Assembly: GCA_029251005.1 (NCBI GenBank)
Contig: JAQXEE010000115.1
Span: 11,743-75,742, forward strand
DNA from: Flavobacteriales bacterium
GTDB lineage: Bacteria > Bacteroidota > Bacteroidia > Flavobacteriales_C > GCA-002722245
Reading direction: 5' to 3'
DNA: 64,000 nucleotides
Shown here: one piece after another, positions 29,541-39,998 of the stretch
Layout: the number at the start of each line of letters is the position of its first letter
How positions within the stretch are numbered: position 1 is the first letter of the stretch
Position numbers and translations under genes: made by a program
The notes under the pieces: generated by a model
What the model saw: the letters and a program-made list of their open reading frames with translations, nothing else
Told to the model about the DNA's origin: nothing
Databases searched by the model: none

Positions 29541-31568
29541 ATGATTCCGAAGGAAACAGTGGATAAGATTATTGATGAAGCAAGGGTTGATGAGGTTATT
29601 GGAGACTTTGTTGCTCTTAAAAAGAGAGGTGTTAACCTTTTAGGTAATTGCCCTTTTCATAACGAAAAAACACCTTCGTTCACCGTTTCTCCTGCGAAAG
29701 GAATTTACAAATGTTTTGGTTGTGGTGTTTCAGGAAATTCAGTGAATTTCATAATGGACCATGAACAAATGTCTTATCCTGAAGCTTTAAAATATTTAGC
29801 TAAAAAATATAATATTGAAATTCAGGAAAAAGAACTCAGTTCTGAGGAAAAAGAAAAAATAGATAAAAAAGAATCCTATTACCTTGTTTCCCAATTTGCA
29901 AAAGAGCAATTTATTCGAAATCTACATGAAACCGACGAGGGGAAATCGGTAGGATTAAGTTATTTTAAGGAAAGAGGTATTTCAGATGAAATGATGGAGA
30001 AATTCGGATTAGGTTACTCCTTTGAAGAAAGAAATCATTTCACAAAAATAGCTACAGATAAAGGATACAAAAAAGAACATTTAATTGGGTCTGGATTAAT
30101 CGCAGAAAAAAACAACCGTGTTTACGATCGATTCTCAGGAAGAGTAATGTTTCCTATACATAATATGTCAGGAAGGGCAATTGGGTTTGGCGCAAGAATT
30201 TTACAAACCAATAAAAAATCTGCTAAATATTTAAACTCACCAGAAACAGAGATATATCATAAGAGTGATGTTTTATATGGTTTATATCTAGCCAAAAGAT
30301 CCATGATTCAACAGGACGATTGTTTTCTTGTTGAAGGGTACACCGATGTTATTTCGTTCCATCAAAAAGGTATTGAAAATGTTGTTGCCTCAAGCGGAAC
30401 ATCGCTTACTCCCGGACAAATTAAATTAATAAAAAGATTCACCCCAAACATTACCGTTTTATATGATGGCGATGCAGCGGGAATTAAAGCGTCCTTTAGA
30501 GGGATTGACTTAATTCTTAAAGAAGGCTTGAATGTTAAGGTTGTTACTTTCCCTGATGGTGAAGATCCTGACAGTTTTGCAAGAGCTAATACAAGCGCTG
30601 AATTGGAAGAATATATTGAAGAAAACAAACAAGACTTCATTAATTTTAAAATATCTATTCTTTTAGATGATGCAGGAAATGACCCTATAAAAAGAGCGGG
30701 TTTAATTAAGGAAATTGTTCAATCAATCGCCCTTATTCCAGATACTATTATTCGTTCCGTTTATACTCAAGAAGCTGCAACTCTATTAAAAATTGAAGAG
30801 CAAACTATCGTCAACGAATTAAATAAAATTCGAAGAAATAATTTTGATAAAGAACAAAAACATAAACCAACATCTACTCCCCCAGAACCGGATTATATGG
30901 TACCTCCTCCGAATTTAATACCTCCGGAATATGGCGTACAAACTTCCACTTCATCACTTGGGCTTCCTCCCAAGTCAATTGAAAAAGCACCACAATACCC
31001 TAATAATCATCAGGAAGCATATTTGCTCCGATTGATTTTGAAATACGGTCATCATGAAATTGTTTTACAAAACGAAAACTATGAAGAGGAGAAAAATAAA
31101 AACATTGAGGACTGCCAGCCATCTTATCAAATAACAGTCGCTCAAATGGTCATTCAGGATATTAGAGAAGATGACCTTTCTTTTGATAACCCGCACCATC
31201 AATCCATTTGGGAGACTTTTAGTAATAAGTTTTCAGAAGGTGAAATCCCAACTGAAAAATTCTTTTTACAAAGCTCCGAAGCTGACTTGGTAAAAGAAGT
31301 GATTGAAATAACTGAAGAAAAATACGAATTAAACGATTGGAAAAAGCATTCTATTTATGTTGCTACTGAAGAAGAGAAAATAAAGCTTGCTATTGTTGTA
31401 GCTCTGCATCGTTTAAAGCTTGGAAAAGTTAAACAACAAATCAGTGAATTAAACGCTAAACTAGAGTCGAATGAATTCCCTGAAGAAATAAACGATCTTT
31501 TAATGCACTTAAGTCTTTTAAACCAGGCTAAATTGTCGCTTTCTAAAGTACTTGGCAGAAACATTTAA
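29541..31568 (+). CDS. dnaG: DNA primase
   Basis: The protein has a zinc-binding domain (CPFHNEKTPSFTVSPAKGIYKCFGCG) and a TOPRIM domain (EGYTDV, DGDAAG). Confidence 0.92.
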   Translation: MIPKETVDKIIDEARVDEVIGDFVALKKRGVNLLGNCPFHNEKTPSFTVSPAKGIYKCFGCGVSGNSVNFIMDHEQMSYPEALKYLAKKYNIEIQEKELSSEEKEKIDKKESYYLVSQFAKEQFIRNLHETDEGKSVGLSYFKERGISDEMMEKFGLGYSFEERNHFTKIATDKGYKKEHLIGSGLIAEKNNRVYDRFSGRVMFPIHNMSGRAIGFGARILQTNKKSAKYLNSPETEIYHKSDVLYGLYLAKRSMIQQDDCFLVEGYTDVISFHQKGIENVVASSGTSLTPGQIKLIKRFTPNITVLYDGDAAGIKASFRGIDLILKEGLNVKVVTFPDGEDPDSFARANTSAELEEYIEENKQDFINFKISILLDDAGNDPIKRAGLIKEIVQSIALIPDTIIRSVYTQEAATLLKIEEQTIVNELNKIRRNNFDKEQKHKPTSTPPEPDYMVPPPNLIPPEYGVQTSTSSLGLPPKSIEKAPQYPNNHQEAYLLRLILKYGHHEIVLQNENYEEEKNKNIEDCQPSYQITVAQMVIQDIREDDLSFDNPHHQSIWETFSNKFSEGEIPTEKFFLQSSEADLVKEVIEITEEKYELNDWKKHSIYVATEEEKIKLAIVVALHRLKLGKVKQQISELNAKLESNEFPEEINDLLMHLSLLNQAKLSLSKVLGRNI

Positions 31569-31646
31569 CTTTTAAAAGTTAAATTCTATTTAATAGTTTC
31601 TAATGAATGTGTCAATTCTTCCGTTAGCTTTACCAAAAGCTTTTTT

Positions 31647-32888
31647 ATGAAAATAATCGGGAATATTATTCTAATATTTATTGTCTCAATTGGATTAACA
31701 AATTGCGATAATACAGAGCCAAAAGATGAAATCGTAGATAATCCAGATCAATTAGATACTATTCTTAAAGCACCTCAATTACTTTATGGTTTTCCTGTTG
31801 ATTCGTTCAAAGTAGTTGGAGACGAAGTAAAGAAAAATCAATTTTTTAGCGACTTAATAACTAGTCACGGGATTAGTTACGCTATGATGAATAAAATGGC
31901 AACTAAAGGCAAGAAATTGTTTGATGTAAGACGCCTAAGAGCAGGAAGACATTATTCTGTATTTGAAAAAAATGACTCTTCTGAAAAAGCTCAAATATTT
32001 GTTTATGAGATAAATAGGATTGATTACATAGTATATGACCTTCGGGATTCCCTTAAAATATACACAGCAAAAAAACCTATTGAGGTTGTAGAAAGACAAG
32101 CATCCGGTGTGATTAATAGTTCTTTGTATTTATCACTTGACAAGCAAGGTTATAATCCTGCGTTAGCGATTACCTTATCTGAAGTTTACGCTTGGAGCAT
32201 CGATTTTTATCATATTCAAAAAGGAGATCGATTTAAGGTAATTTATGAAGAAACAATAGTAGATGGAGAAAGCATTGGGATTAAAAAGATTAAGGCTGCC
32301 TATTTTGAGCATTTCAAAAAACCATATTACGCCATTCAATTTAGTCAGGATAATCATTCAGGTTATTACGATCAAGAAAACCGTGGATTAAGACGTCAAT
32401 TTTTAAAAGCACCAGTGAAATTCAGCAGAATTTCTTCACGATTCACAATGAAGCGATACCACCCAGTCCAAAAAAGAAACAAACCGCATTTAGGTACTGA
32501 TTACGCGGCTCCTAAAGGAACACCTATTTATTCAACTGCAAATGGTAAAGTTACACATGCTCAATACAGTAAATACAACGGAAATTATGTGAAAGTTCGT
32601 CACAACGGAACCTATACAACCCAATATTTACACATGAGTAAAATCAAAAAAGGAATTCGTTCTGGAGTTAGAGTTAATCAAGGTGATGTAATAGGATTCG
32701 TTGGATCAACTGGACTAGCAACTGGTCCTCATGTTTGTTATAGATTTTGGAAAAACGGAAAACAAGTTGACCCTTACAAACAAAAACTGCCAAAGGCTGA
32801 ACCAATTAAAAAAGCCAATTTAATTACCTATAAAAAAATAAAAGAAGACGTAATTGCACAATTAGAAAAGATTGATTTCCCGAAATAA
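31647..32888 (+). CDS. M23 family metallopeptidase (LytM/lysostaphin-like) with N-terminal lipoprotein-type signal
   Basis: The protein has HLGTDYAAP (HxxxD) and HVCY (HxH-like) motifs. Its N-terminus is GLTNCDN. Confidence 0.85.
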   Translation: MKIIGNIILIFIVSIGLTNCDNTEPKDEIVDNPDQLDTILKAPQLLYGFPVDSFKVVGDEVKKNQFFSDLITSHGISYAMMNKMATKGKKLFDVRRLRAGRHYSVFEKNDSSEKAQIFVYEINRIDYIVYDLRDSLKIYTAKKPIEVVERQASGVINSSLYLSLDKQGYNPALAITLSEVYAWSIDFYHIQKGDRFKVIYEETIVDGESIGIKKIKAAYFEHFKKPYYAIQFSQDNHSGYYDQENRGLRRQFLKAPVKFSRISSRFTMKRYHPVQKRNKPHLGTDYAAPKGTPIYSTANGKVTHAQYSKYNGNYVKVRHNGTYTTQYLHMSKIKKGIRSGVRVNQGDVIGFVGSTGLATGPHVCYRFWKNGKQVDPYKQKLPKAEPIKKANLITYKKIKEDVIAQLEKIDFPK

Positions 32889-32889
32889 G

Positions 32890-33243
32890 TCAACTACTAT
32901 ATTTTTCACGAAGAAGAATTTTAAGAAATTCTCTTTTAAGTACCGATTCCGCTAATACATCTATATCTATTCCGGGTGCCAATAATAGATCTTTAATCTC
33001 TTTTTCAGGAATGTCAACTTTATACATTAATTGGAAAAACTGCTCCATACTTCTATTAAACAATTGATTTAAAAATTGACTTACTAAAACTAGTAAATCA
33101 TTAGATGTGTCAATTTTTATAAGTGCCAATTCCTTATCAAAATCGGAATCACTGAAATCTTTAGAAAGTTGAGCTTTAAGTTTTTGGAAGTATCTTTCCT
33201 GAGTTAAGTATTCAAATGTGCCTTTAACCTCAATAAGCTTCAT
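32890..33243 (-). CDS. Hypothetical protein (117 aa), last gene of the MMPL-rmlA-epimerase-polyprenyl synthase operon
   Basis: The ORF overlaps the upstream gene at ATGA. No recognisable motif. Confidence 0.4.
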   Translation of the reverse strand: MKLIEVKGTFEYLTQERYFQKLKAQLSKDFSDSDFDKELALIKIDTSNDLLVLVSQFLNQLFNRSMEQFFQLMYKVDIPEKEIKDLLLAPGIDIDVLAESVLKREFLKILLREKYSS

Positions 33244-34214
33244 TAAGAGGCTCTTTTCATTAAGTGGTTAGCAAATTCTTCCAAAACTTTTTTCTTATCC
33301 TCCGGAGCATTTATCCTATTTAAAAACTGAATCGATTTTTGATAATAAGCGTCCATTTGATTAAAAGCTAATTGATCCACCTTTAAATCTTTATAAATTG
33401 TTTTTACCGCCTCAACTTTAGCAATGGCATCAAAATCTTTTTTATCAACCCAACCTTGAAGAAGCTCTGAAGAATCGAGCTCTAAAGCCTTAAGCATTAA
33501 GAAAGTCTTCTTATTAGAAATTATATCACCACCAACTTGTTTTCCGAATTTCTCAGGATCACCAAAACAATCTAAATAATCATCTTGTAATTGAAACGCA
33601 ATACCAAGGTTTACTCCGAAATTATAAATTAAATCAGCTTCAGTATCAGATGCACTCCCAACTAAAGCTCCTAGTTTTAATGCTCCGCCAACTAAAACAG
33701 AAGTTTTAAGCTTTATCATATTGATATACTCATCAATAGTAACATCATCTCTACTCTCAAAGTTCATATCAAGCTGCTGACCTTCACAGACTTCAATTGC
33801 TGTTTGATTAAAAACAGTAAGTAAAGCAGATAAATTAGCGTAATTACCTTCCAAAAAATGATTATAAGCTTCTATCAGTAAGGTATCCCCCGAGAGAATT
33901 GCAATATTATCATCCCATTTTTGGTGAACAGTAGGTTGCCCACGTCTCAAAGGCGCTTTATCCATAATATCATCATGAACTAAGGTGAAATTATGAAATA
34001 CTTCTATAGCTTTTGCCGCAGGTAATGCCACAGATACATCTTCAATAAATAGATTAGCCGCCAAAAGGGTAGTAACAGGTCTTAACCTTTTTCCTCCTAA
34101 TTGAAGAATATAATTCATAGGCTCATACAACTCAGCTGGGGAACCCAGATACTTTGTGCCTTTTATTTCCTTTTGAACAAGAGTTATTATTTCTTGAATA
34201 GTAGAAGATGCCAA
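33243..34214 (-). CDS. Polyprenyl diphosphate synthase (trans-isoprenyl diphosphate synthase family)
   Basis: The protein has a first DDxxD motif (LVHDDIMD) and a second aspartate-rich motif (QLQDDYLD). Confidence 0.85.
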   Translation of the reverse strand: MASSTIQEIITLVQKEIKGTKYLGSPAELYEPMNYILQLGGKRLRPVTTLLAANLFIEDVSVALPAAKAIEVFHNFTLVHDDIMDKAPLRRGQPTVHQKWDDNIAILSGDTLLIEAYNHFLEGNYANLSALLTVFNQTAIEVCEGQQLDMNFESRDDVTIDEYINMIKLKTSVLVGGALKLGALVGSASDTEADLIYNFGVNLGIAFQLQDDYLDCFGDPEKFGKQVGGDIISNKKTFLMLKALELDSSELLQGWVDKKDFDAIAKVEAVKTIYKDLKVDQLAFNQMDAYYQKSIQFLNRINAPEDKKKVLEEFANHLMKRAS

Positions 34215-34219
34215 GTTTA

Positions 34220-35158
34220 TTATTTTTGAAATTGAGGACTATTTAAAAGCTTTCTAATTCCTTCATCTATAGTCGTTAGTTCTCTTCCTAATAATACTCT
34301 CATTTTAGTATTATCTGGACATCTTCTTAACATATCACCGTCTTTCAAAGGTGGAAGATGAATAATTTTTGATTTTGAATTAGTCGCATCAATAATTTTT
34401 TGAGCTAAATCAAGAATCGTTACTTCTATTTCTCCACCAATATTAATGACATCATTAATCACCTTATTTTTATAAAAAGCTTTTAAACATGCGTCAATAT
34501 TATCATCACAATAGCAGAAAGTTCTTGTTTGTGTACCTTCACCATAAATGGTAATATCATCGTCATTTAAAGCTTTAAAAAGAAATTTAGACATTACAAA
34601 GTCATCGCTTTGATTAGGTCCATAAGTATTGAAAAATCTGAAAATTGTATATTCTAGGCCAAATTCTTGATGGTAAGACCTCAGGAAAGACTCCCCAATG
34701 TTTTTAACAACAGCATAAGGAACTTTCGAATTCAGCGGTGTAGTTTGTTCATGCTGAGGCAATTCAACTGGCTCTCCGTAAACCTCTGAAGAAGAAGAAA
34801 AGAAGACCCTTTTCACTCCTGTACTTTTACACAGGTTTAAAACATGCTTAATTCCTTCAATATCTCTTAAAACTTTTACTGGATTATCCTGAGTTCTAAT
34901 TACACCAACTAAAGCTGCATAATGAAAAACGTAATCAAACTTGTTACCAAGCATAATCTCCGCTATATCTCTATATTCATTTACATCTGCCTTTACAAAC
35001 CTCCAGTTATCAGAGGGCATATGATGTGGTAATTTTGTTTCGCTTCCAGTTGATAAATCGTCAACGATAACAACAAAATTTTCCTTATTTGAAATTAACT
35101 TTTCAGCTAAAACGCTTCCGATAAAACCGGCTCCTCCTGTAACTAATATTCTAGTCAT
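34220..35158 (-). CDS. NAD-dependent epimerase/dehydratase (short-chain dehydrogenase/reductase; UDP-glucuronate decarboxylase / 4-epimerase-like)
   Basis: The protein has a TGGAGFIGS Rossmann motif and a YxxxK catalytic region (YAVVK). Confidence 0.8.
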   Translation of the reverse strand: MTRILVTGGAGFIGSVLAEKLISNKENFVVIVDDLSTGSETKLPHHMPSDNWRFVKADVNEYRDIAEIMLGNKFDYVFHYAALVGVIRTQDNPVKVLRDIEGIKHVLNLCKSTGVKRVFFSSSSEVYGEPVELPQHEQTTPLNSKVPYAVVKNIGESFLRSYHQEFGLEYTIFRFFNTYGPNQSDDFVMSKFLFKALNDDDITIYGEGTQTRTFCYCDDNIDACLKAFYKNKVINDVINIGGEIEVTILDLAQKIIDATNSKSKIIHLPPLKDGDMLRRCPDNTKMRVLLGRELTTIDEGIRKLLNSPQFQK

Positions 35159-35159
35159 A

Positions 35160-36020
35160 TCACTTAACTATATTTTCAATATAAACTCCATAACCACTTT
35201 TCTTAAGCGGTTGTGCAATCTCTAATAATTGATCTTTATTAATAAATCCCATTCGATAAGCTACCTCTTCAATACATCCGATTTTAAGCCCTTGTCTTTC
35301 TTCAATTACTTGAACATATTGACCTGCTTGCATTAAACTAGTAAAAGTACCTGTATCTAACCAAGCTGTTCCTCTATCTAATATTCCAACTTTTAACTTC
35401 CTTCTTCTCAAATATTCTGCGTTAATGTCGGTAATCTCATACTCACCTCTTGGCGACAGCTTAATATTTTCGGCAATTTCAACAACATCATTGTCATAAA
35501 AATACAAGCCTGGAACAGCGTAATTTGATTTTGGCTTTTCAGGCTTTTCTTCAATAGAAACTGCTTTGCTATTTTCATCGAATTCAACAACACCATACCT
35601 TTCAGGATCTGAAACATGATACGCGTAAACAACACCACCATCAGGGTTGTTATTCTTTTGTAATAGGCTTGACATTCCGGATCCGTAAAAGATATTATCT
35701 CCTAAAACCAAAGCAACTTTATCTTCACCAATAAACTCTTTCCCTAAAACAAATGCTTGTGCTAAACCATTTGGTTTTTCTTGGATAATATATTCAAATT
35801 TACATCCTATTCTACTCCCGTCTCCAAGTAATTTTTTAAATCCATCTTGGTCATGCGGAGTTGTAATGATTAAAATTTCTTTAATACCCGCTAACATCAA
35901 TGTTGATAGTGGGTAATAAATCATTGGTTTATCATAAACAGGCATCAACTGCTTACTAACTGATAGTGTTAAGGGGTGCAATCTTGTACCTGAACCTCCC
36001 GCTAAAATTATCCCTTTCAT
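35160..36020 (-). CDS. rfbA: Glucose-1-phosphate thymidylyltransferase
   Basis: The protein begins [18 protein letters not shown] and has VLGDNIFYG and EKP motifs. Confidence 0.9.
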   Translation of the reverse strand: MKGIILAGGSGTRLHPLTLSVSKQLMPVYDKPMIYYPLSTLMLAGIKEILIITTPHDQDGFKKLLGDGSRIGCKFEYIIQEKPNGLAQAFVLGKEFIGEDKVALVLGDNIFYGSGMSSLLQKNNNPDGGVVYAYHVSDPERYGVVEFDENSKAVSIEEKPEKPKSNYAVPGLYFYDNDVVEIAENIKLSPRGEYEITDINAEYLRRRKLKVGILDRGTAWLDTGTFTSLMQAGQYVQVIEERQGLKIGCIEEVAYRMGFINKDQLLEIAQPLKKSGYGVYIENIVK

Positions 36021-36026
36021 CTTATT

Positions 36027-38597
36027 TTAATTTGATTCGCTTTGATTATTCAAAGCCTTAATTGTAATAAGTTTATCTAAAGTTAAAAGCAAGCAAGGTA
36101 ATAAAATTAAATTGGAAAGCATCGCTACCAAAAGCGTTAACGCTACAAGAACCCCTAATGCCACTGTACCTCCAAATTCTGATGCTACAAAAATTCCAAA
36201 GCCAAAAAACAATACCATTGATGTATAAAACATACTTAGACCTGTCTCTCTAAGAGATTTGAGTACTGAAGTCTTTATATCTCCTCCATTTTCAGCTAAC
36301 TCTTGTCGGTACTTAACTAAAAAGTGAATGGTATCGTCAATGGATATACCAAATGCAATACTAAACACCAAAATAGTGGAAGGCTTGAGGTTTATCCCAA
36401 AGTAACCCATTATAGCTGCAGTAATAAAAAGAGGTAAAATATTCGGTAATAAACTAATTATAACCATCCTTATATTCCTAAACATAAAGCCCATCAGTAA
36501 GGAAATAATAATAACAGTTAACACCAGTGACATAATTAAATTAGAAATTAAAGTTTCTACTCCTTTTGCTACAATCACACCAATACCTGTAAACGAAAAA
36601 TCAAACTTTTTAGGACTAAATATCTTTTCAATTTTAGGTCTTAATTCTGCCATTAGAGCCTTTGTTCGATTTGTCCCTACATCCTTCATTTGCAGACTAA
36701 CTCTCAATTTACTTCGGTCCTTTGATAGAAAGGTCTTTAGCATATCTGCAGATCCATTCTTAGACTTAGAAGCGTATGTGAAAATACCACCTAACTCAAT
36801 ATTTATAGGTAAATCGTACTCTCTTTTATCGCCATTATAATAAGCCTGCTTACTGTATTTAATAACATCCACCATCGAAATTGGTTTCGAAAACTCAGTA
36901 TAAGTAGCTATTAAATCATATAGTTTCTGAACCTTTTTAAGAGTCTTCAACTTTAATCCTTTTCCTTTTTTAGTTAAGTTTTGATACGAGATTGAATTTA
37001 TTCTTCTATTACCAATATTATCTTGTAATATTTCCGTGATTTCACTGTTTGTGTTTGTGTAGAGTTCAAACTGATTATTACCTTGCGGCTTTACAGCAGA
37101 TAAATATTTTATTTCTTTTAAAACTGAAACATCAACCGAGTCAGAGAATTCAACAATTATTTTCTTACCAACATTAGTATTAATTATAATCTCAAATGGA
37201 ATAACTCCATCAAATTTACCTTCGTAATATTTTAAATCAACCATTACAGGGTGATCATCGGGAATATCGTCAACAACAAGTGCATCATTATCCAATTGAC
37301 TTAAACCAAACCCAGCAACACCAGCTATAAAAATTAATACTACGTAAACTGTAGCTCTATATCCTGTACAAACATCAACGAACCAATCTATTAAAGCATT
37401 TGTCCACTTATAATCTAAATGTTTATAATGCTTCTCTTTTGGAGGAGATAAGTAACTGTAAATGATTGGTAATAATAAAATAGAAAGAATAAAAACACCC
37501 AATATACTAATAGAGGCAACAATTCCAAATTCCTTTAAAATATCACTTGACGCAAAAATAAATGTTGCAAAACCACTAGCAGTAGTAATATTTGTCATAA
37601 AAGTTGCGCCCCCTATTTTTTGTATAACCCTTTTTAAAGCTAATGCCTGATTTTTATGATCTCTAAATTCATCAAAGTACTTATTAATCAAGAAAATACA
37701 ATTTGGTATACCAATAACTATAACCAATGGAGGAACCAAACTGGTAAGAATATTTATATTAAACTCTAAAGAACCAGTATAACCCCAGTCACTTAATCTA
37801 CTTAAAAAACCGAGTGATCCAAAAAGCCAAACAACTGCAACAGCAACAACTAATAATGAAACGAAAACAGCTCTAGGTGCTCGTAAAAAGAAGTAAAGAA
37901 GTAATGCGGTAAGTAGGAAAGCAAGACCAATAAACAACAATATTTCAGCTTCAACTTGAGAGCTTAACTTTGCCCTGATATAAGGCATTCCTGAATATTT
38001 AAACTTGATTCCAGATTTTATACTAAAATCATTAATCTTATCGGAAATAGCAAGAACATACTTATTTCTACGAACACTCATCATTGAATCAGCGTTCAAG
38101 CTAATTGCCATTAATGATATATTCGTTTCTGGGACGTATAAGATCCTTTCGTAGAAAGGTTGATTGTGTAACTTAATTAGTGCGGAATCAATTTGCGCTT
38201 GAGTAGTGGGTCGCCCTTGAAAAACAGACTCTATTTTAAAACTATGAGATTCTAGGTCTTTCTTTAGATATCCGAAATTTGCAAATGAAAAAACGGTATC
38301 GACACTTTCTGTTCCTTCAATATCTAAAGTGAAATCGTAAAATTGTTGGAATTTATCTAAATGATAAAAATTTGAATCTTCTGTAGATACAAGGTAAACA
38401 TTATCATTCGCTCCGAAAGTCTCTTTAAAGTCTTTGAATACAATTGATGTAGAATCACCAACAGGAAGTAATCTTGATAGATCATAAGACACTTCATTGT
38501 AAGGTAGATTAGACGCTAAAAAACCTGTAATGGCAGTTAACACGACTAAGACCCAAACTCTTTGTCTTAAAATTATATGAGATACGTTATTCCACAT
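36027..38597 (-). CDS. MMPL/RND-superfamily exporter (12-TM, two large periplasmic loops; sterol-sensing-domain-like)
   Basis: The 856-aa ORF has a TM topology with two 6-helix bundles separated by large loops. MMPL-like GxxxD/T patches occur in the TM regions. Confidence 0.7.
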   Translation of the reverse strand: MWNNVSHIILRQRVWVLVVLTAITGFLASNLPYNEVSYDLSRLLPVGDSTSIVFKDFKETFGANDNVYLVSTEDSNFYHLDKFQQFYDFTLDIEGTESVDTVFSFANFGYLKKDLESHSFKIESVFQGRPTTQAQIDSALIKLHNQPFYERILYVPETNISLMAISLNADSMMSVRRNKYVLAISDKINDFSIKSGIKFKYSGMPYIRAKLSSQVEAEILLFIGLAFLLTALLLYFFLRAPRAVFVSLLVVAVAVVWLFGSLGFLSRLSDWGYTGSLEFNINILTSLVPPLVIVIGIPNCIFLINKYFDEFRDHKNQALALKRVIQKIGGATFMTNITTASGFATFIFASSDILKEFGIVASISILGVFILSILLLPIIYSYLSPPKEKHYKHLDYKWTNALIDWFVDVCTGYRATVYVVLIFIAGVAGFGLSQLDNDALVVDDIPDDHPVMVDLKYYEGKFDGVIPFEIIINTNVGKKIIVEFSDSVDVSVLKEIKYLSAVKPQGNNQFELYTNTNSEITEILQDNIGNRRINSISYQNLTKKGKGLKLKTLKKVQKLYDLIATYTEFSKPISMVDVIKYSKQAYYNGDKREYDLPINIELGGIFTYASKSKNGSADMLKTFLSKDRSKLRVSLQMKDVGTNRTKALMAELRPKIEKIFSPKKFDFSFTGIGVIVAKGVETLISNLIMSLVLTVIIISLLMGFMFRNIRMVIISLLPNILPLFITAAIMGYFGINLKPSTILVFSIAFGISIDDTIHFLVKYRQELAENGGDIKTSVLKSLRETGLSMFYTSMVLFFGFGIFVASEFGGTVALGVLVALTLLVAMLSNLILLPCLLLTLDKLITIKALNNQSESN

Positions 38598-38921
38598 TCA
38601 CACTTTGATAGCTATCAAAAATAACAACTTATATCGACAATCTTTAATTAAAATCTAATAGGTTTTAAATAAAACTCCTCAATTTATTGATAAGGAATAT
38701 AAGCTAATTCCGAAAGCTTTAACCTATATGGATAGGGGCTTCAATTTCTTAAAAAGAAAAAAATGTTGCTCTTTTATCCAATCTGTTGATTTTACAAAAA
38801 ACCTTTCAACATCTTTTAAGCAAGGCACATACCCATCTTTTACATACCAAATAAAAATATCTAGTGAACTCTATATTAATTCTAAACTTATGATATTTGC
38901 GAAATATTTCTATCTAAGAAA

Positions 38922-38955
38922 TAAAAAACCTGCCGCTAACGACAGGTTTTTTATT
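38922..38955 (-). terminator. Rho-independent terminator downstream of korB
   Basis: The sequence is aaaaaacctgccgctaacgacaggttttttat. Confidence 0.5.
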
Positions 38956-38961
38956 TGAAAC

Positions 38962-39990
38962 TTATTTAATTGTCCACGTATTTGGACCTTCAAGAAGTAA
39001 ATTTAAATTTGGCCCCCCTTTCTCTTTAACGTGTTTTTCAACTTGAGCAGAAACTCCTTCCTCATATACCGGTCTTTTTTCTTGGTAAAAGATTCCAAAA
39101 GGTCTTGGTAAAGCACCTTCTTCTCTTGGATCATCAAAAAAACGAGTTAATATGGAAGCTTTAACTCGATCATGCTTATCATGAATCCAAAGTTCCGTTT
39201 CAGCAACATCAGCTGTATTAACCACTTTAGGAGTAAAACCATCTAAAACAATTGCTTTTCTATGCTCAGCTCCAAATAATAACGGTTTTCCATGCTCAAT
39301 GAAAATTGTATTATCTGCTTTTGTTGTCTTCTCTGTAAATGGGAAAAAAGCTCCATCGTTGAAAATATTACAGTTTTGATAAATCTCAATTAAAGATGTC
39401 CCTCTATGCTTTTCTCCTTCAATTAATATAGGACGCATATGTTTCGGATCTCTATCCATTGTTCTCGCAACAAAAGTTGCTTCTGCACCCATTGCTAAAG
39501 AAAGAGGGTTAAATGGATGATCAATCGAACCGTATGGTGTTGATTTTGTTACTTTACCTTGTTCAGAAGTTGGTGAATATTGTCCTTTTGTTAAACCATA
39601 AATTTGGTTGTTAAACAACAATACATTTACATCAACATTTCTTCTTAATAAATGGATGAAGTGGTTACCTCCGATGGACATTGAATCCCCATCCCCAGTT
39701 ATCATCCAAACATTTAACTCTGGGCGAGCTGTTTTTAACCCCATAACAAATGCCGGACCCCTACCATGAATACTATGCATACCATATGTATCCATGTAAT
39801 ATGGAAAACGAGATGAACATCCTATTCCTGATATAAAAACAGTTTCGTCTTTTTTTAACGCTAATTCAGCACAAACACTTTGAACTTGCTTTAATATCGA
39901 ATAATCTCCACAACCAGGACACCATTTAACATCTTGATCTGAAGCATAATCTTTAGCTGTAATTTTCTTTTCTTTTACTTCTGGCATCAT
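38962..39990 (-). CDS. korB: 2-oxoglutarate:ferredoxin oxidoreductase beta subunit (TPP-binding)
   Basis: The protein has a GCG..Y TPP-binding fold and a GDGD motif. It pairs with the adjacent alpha subunit. Confidence 0.85.
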   Translation of the reverse strand: MMPEVKEKKITAKDYASDQDVKWCPGCGDYSILKQVQSVCAELALKKDETVFISGIGCSSRFPYYMDTYGMHSIHGRGPAFVMGLKTARPELNVWMITGDGDSMSIGGNHFIHLLRRNVDVNVLLFNNQIYGLTKGQYSPTSEQGKVTKSTPYGSIDHPFNPLSLAMGAEATFVARTMDRDPKHMRPILIEGEKHRGTSLIEIYQNCNIFNDGAFFPFTEKTTKADNTIFIEHGKPLLFGAEHRKAIVLDGFTPKVVNTADVAETELWIHDKHDRVKASILTRFFDDPREEGALPRPFGIFYQEKRPVYEEGVSAQVEKHVKEKGGPNLNLLLEGPNTWTIK

Positions 39991-39998
39991 TCAATATT

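Noticed and set aside
38728-38958. 76-aa ORF in the MMPL/korB intergenic region
   Set aside because: It overlaps the korB rho-independent terminator hairpin, has an A/T-driven Lys/Phe/Ile composition, and carries no signal.
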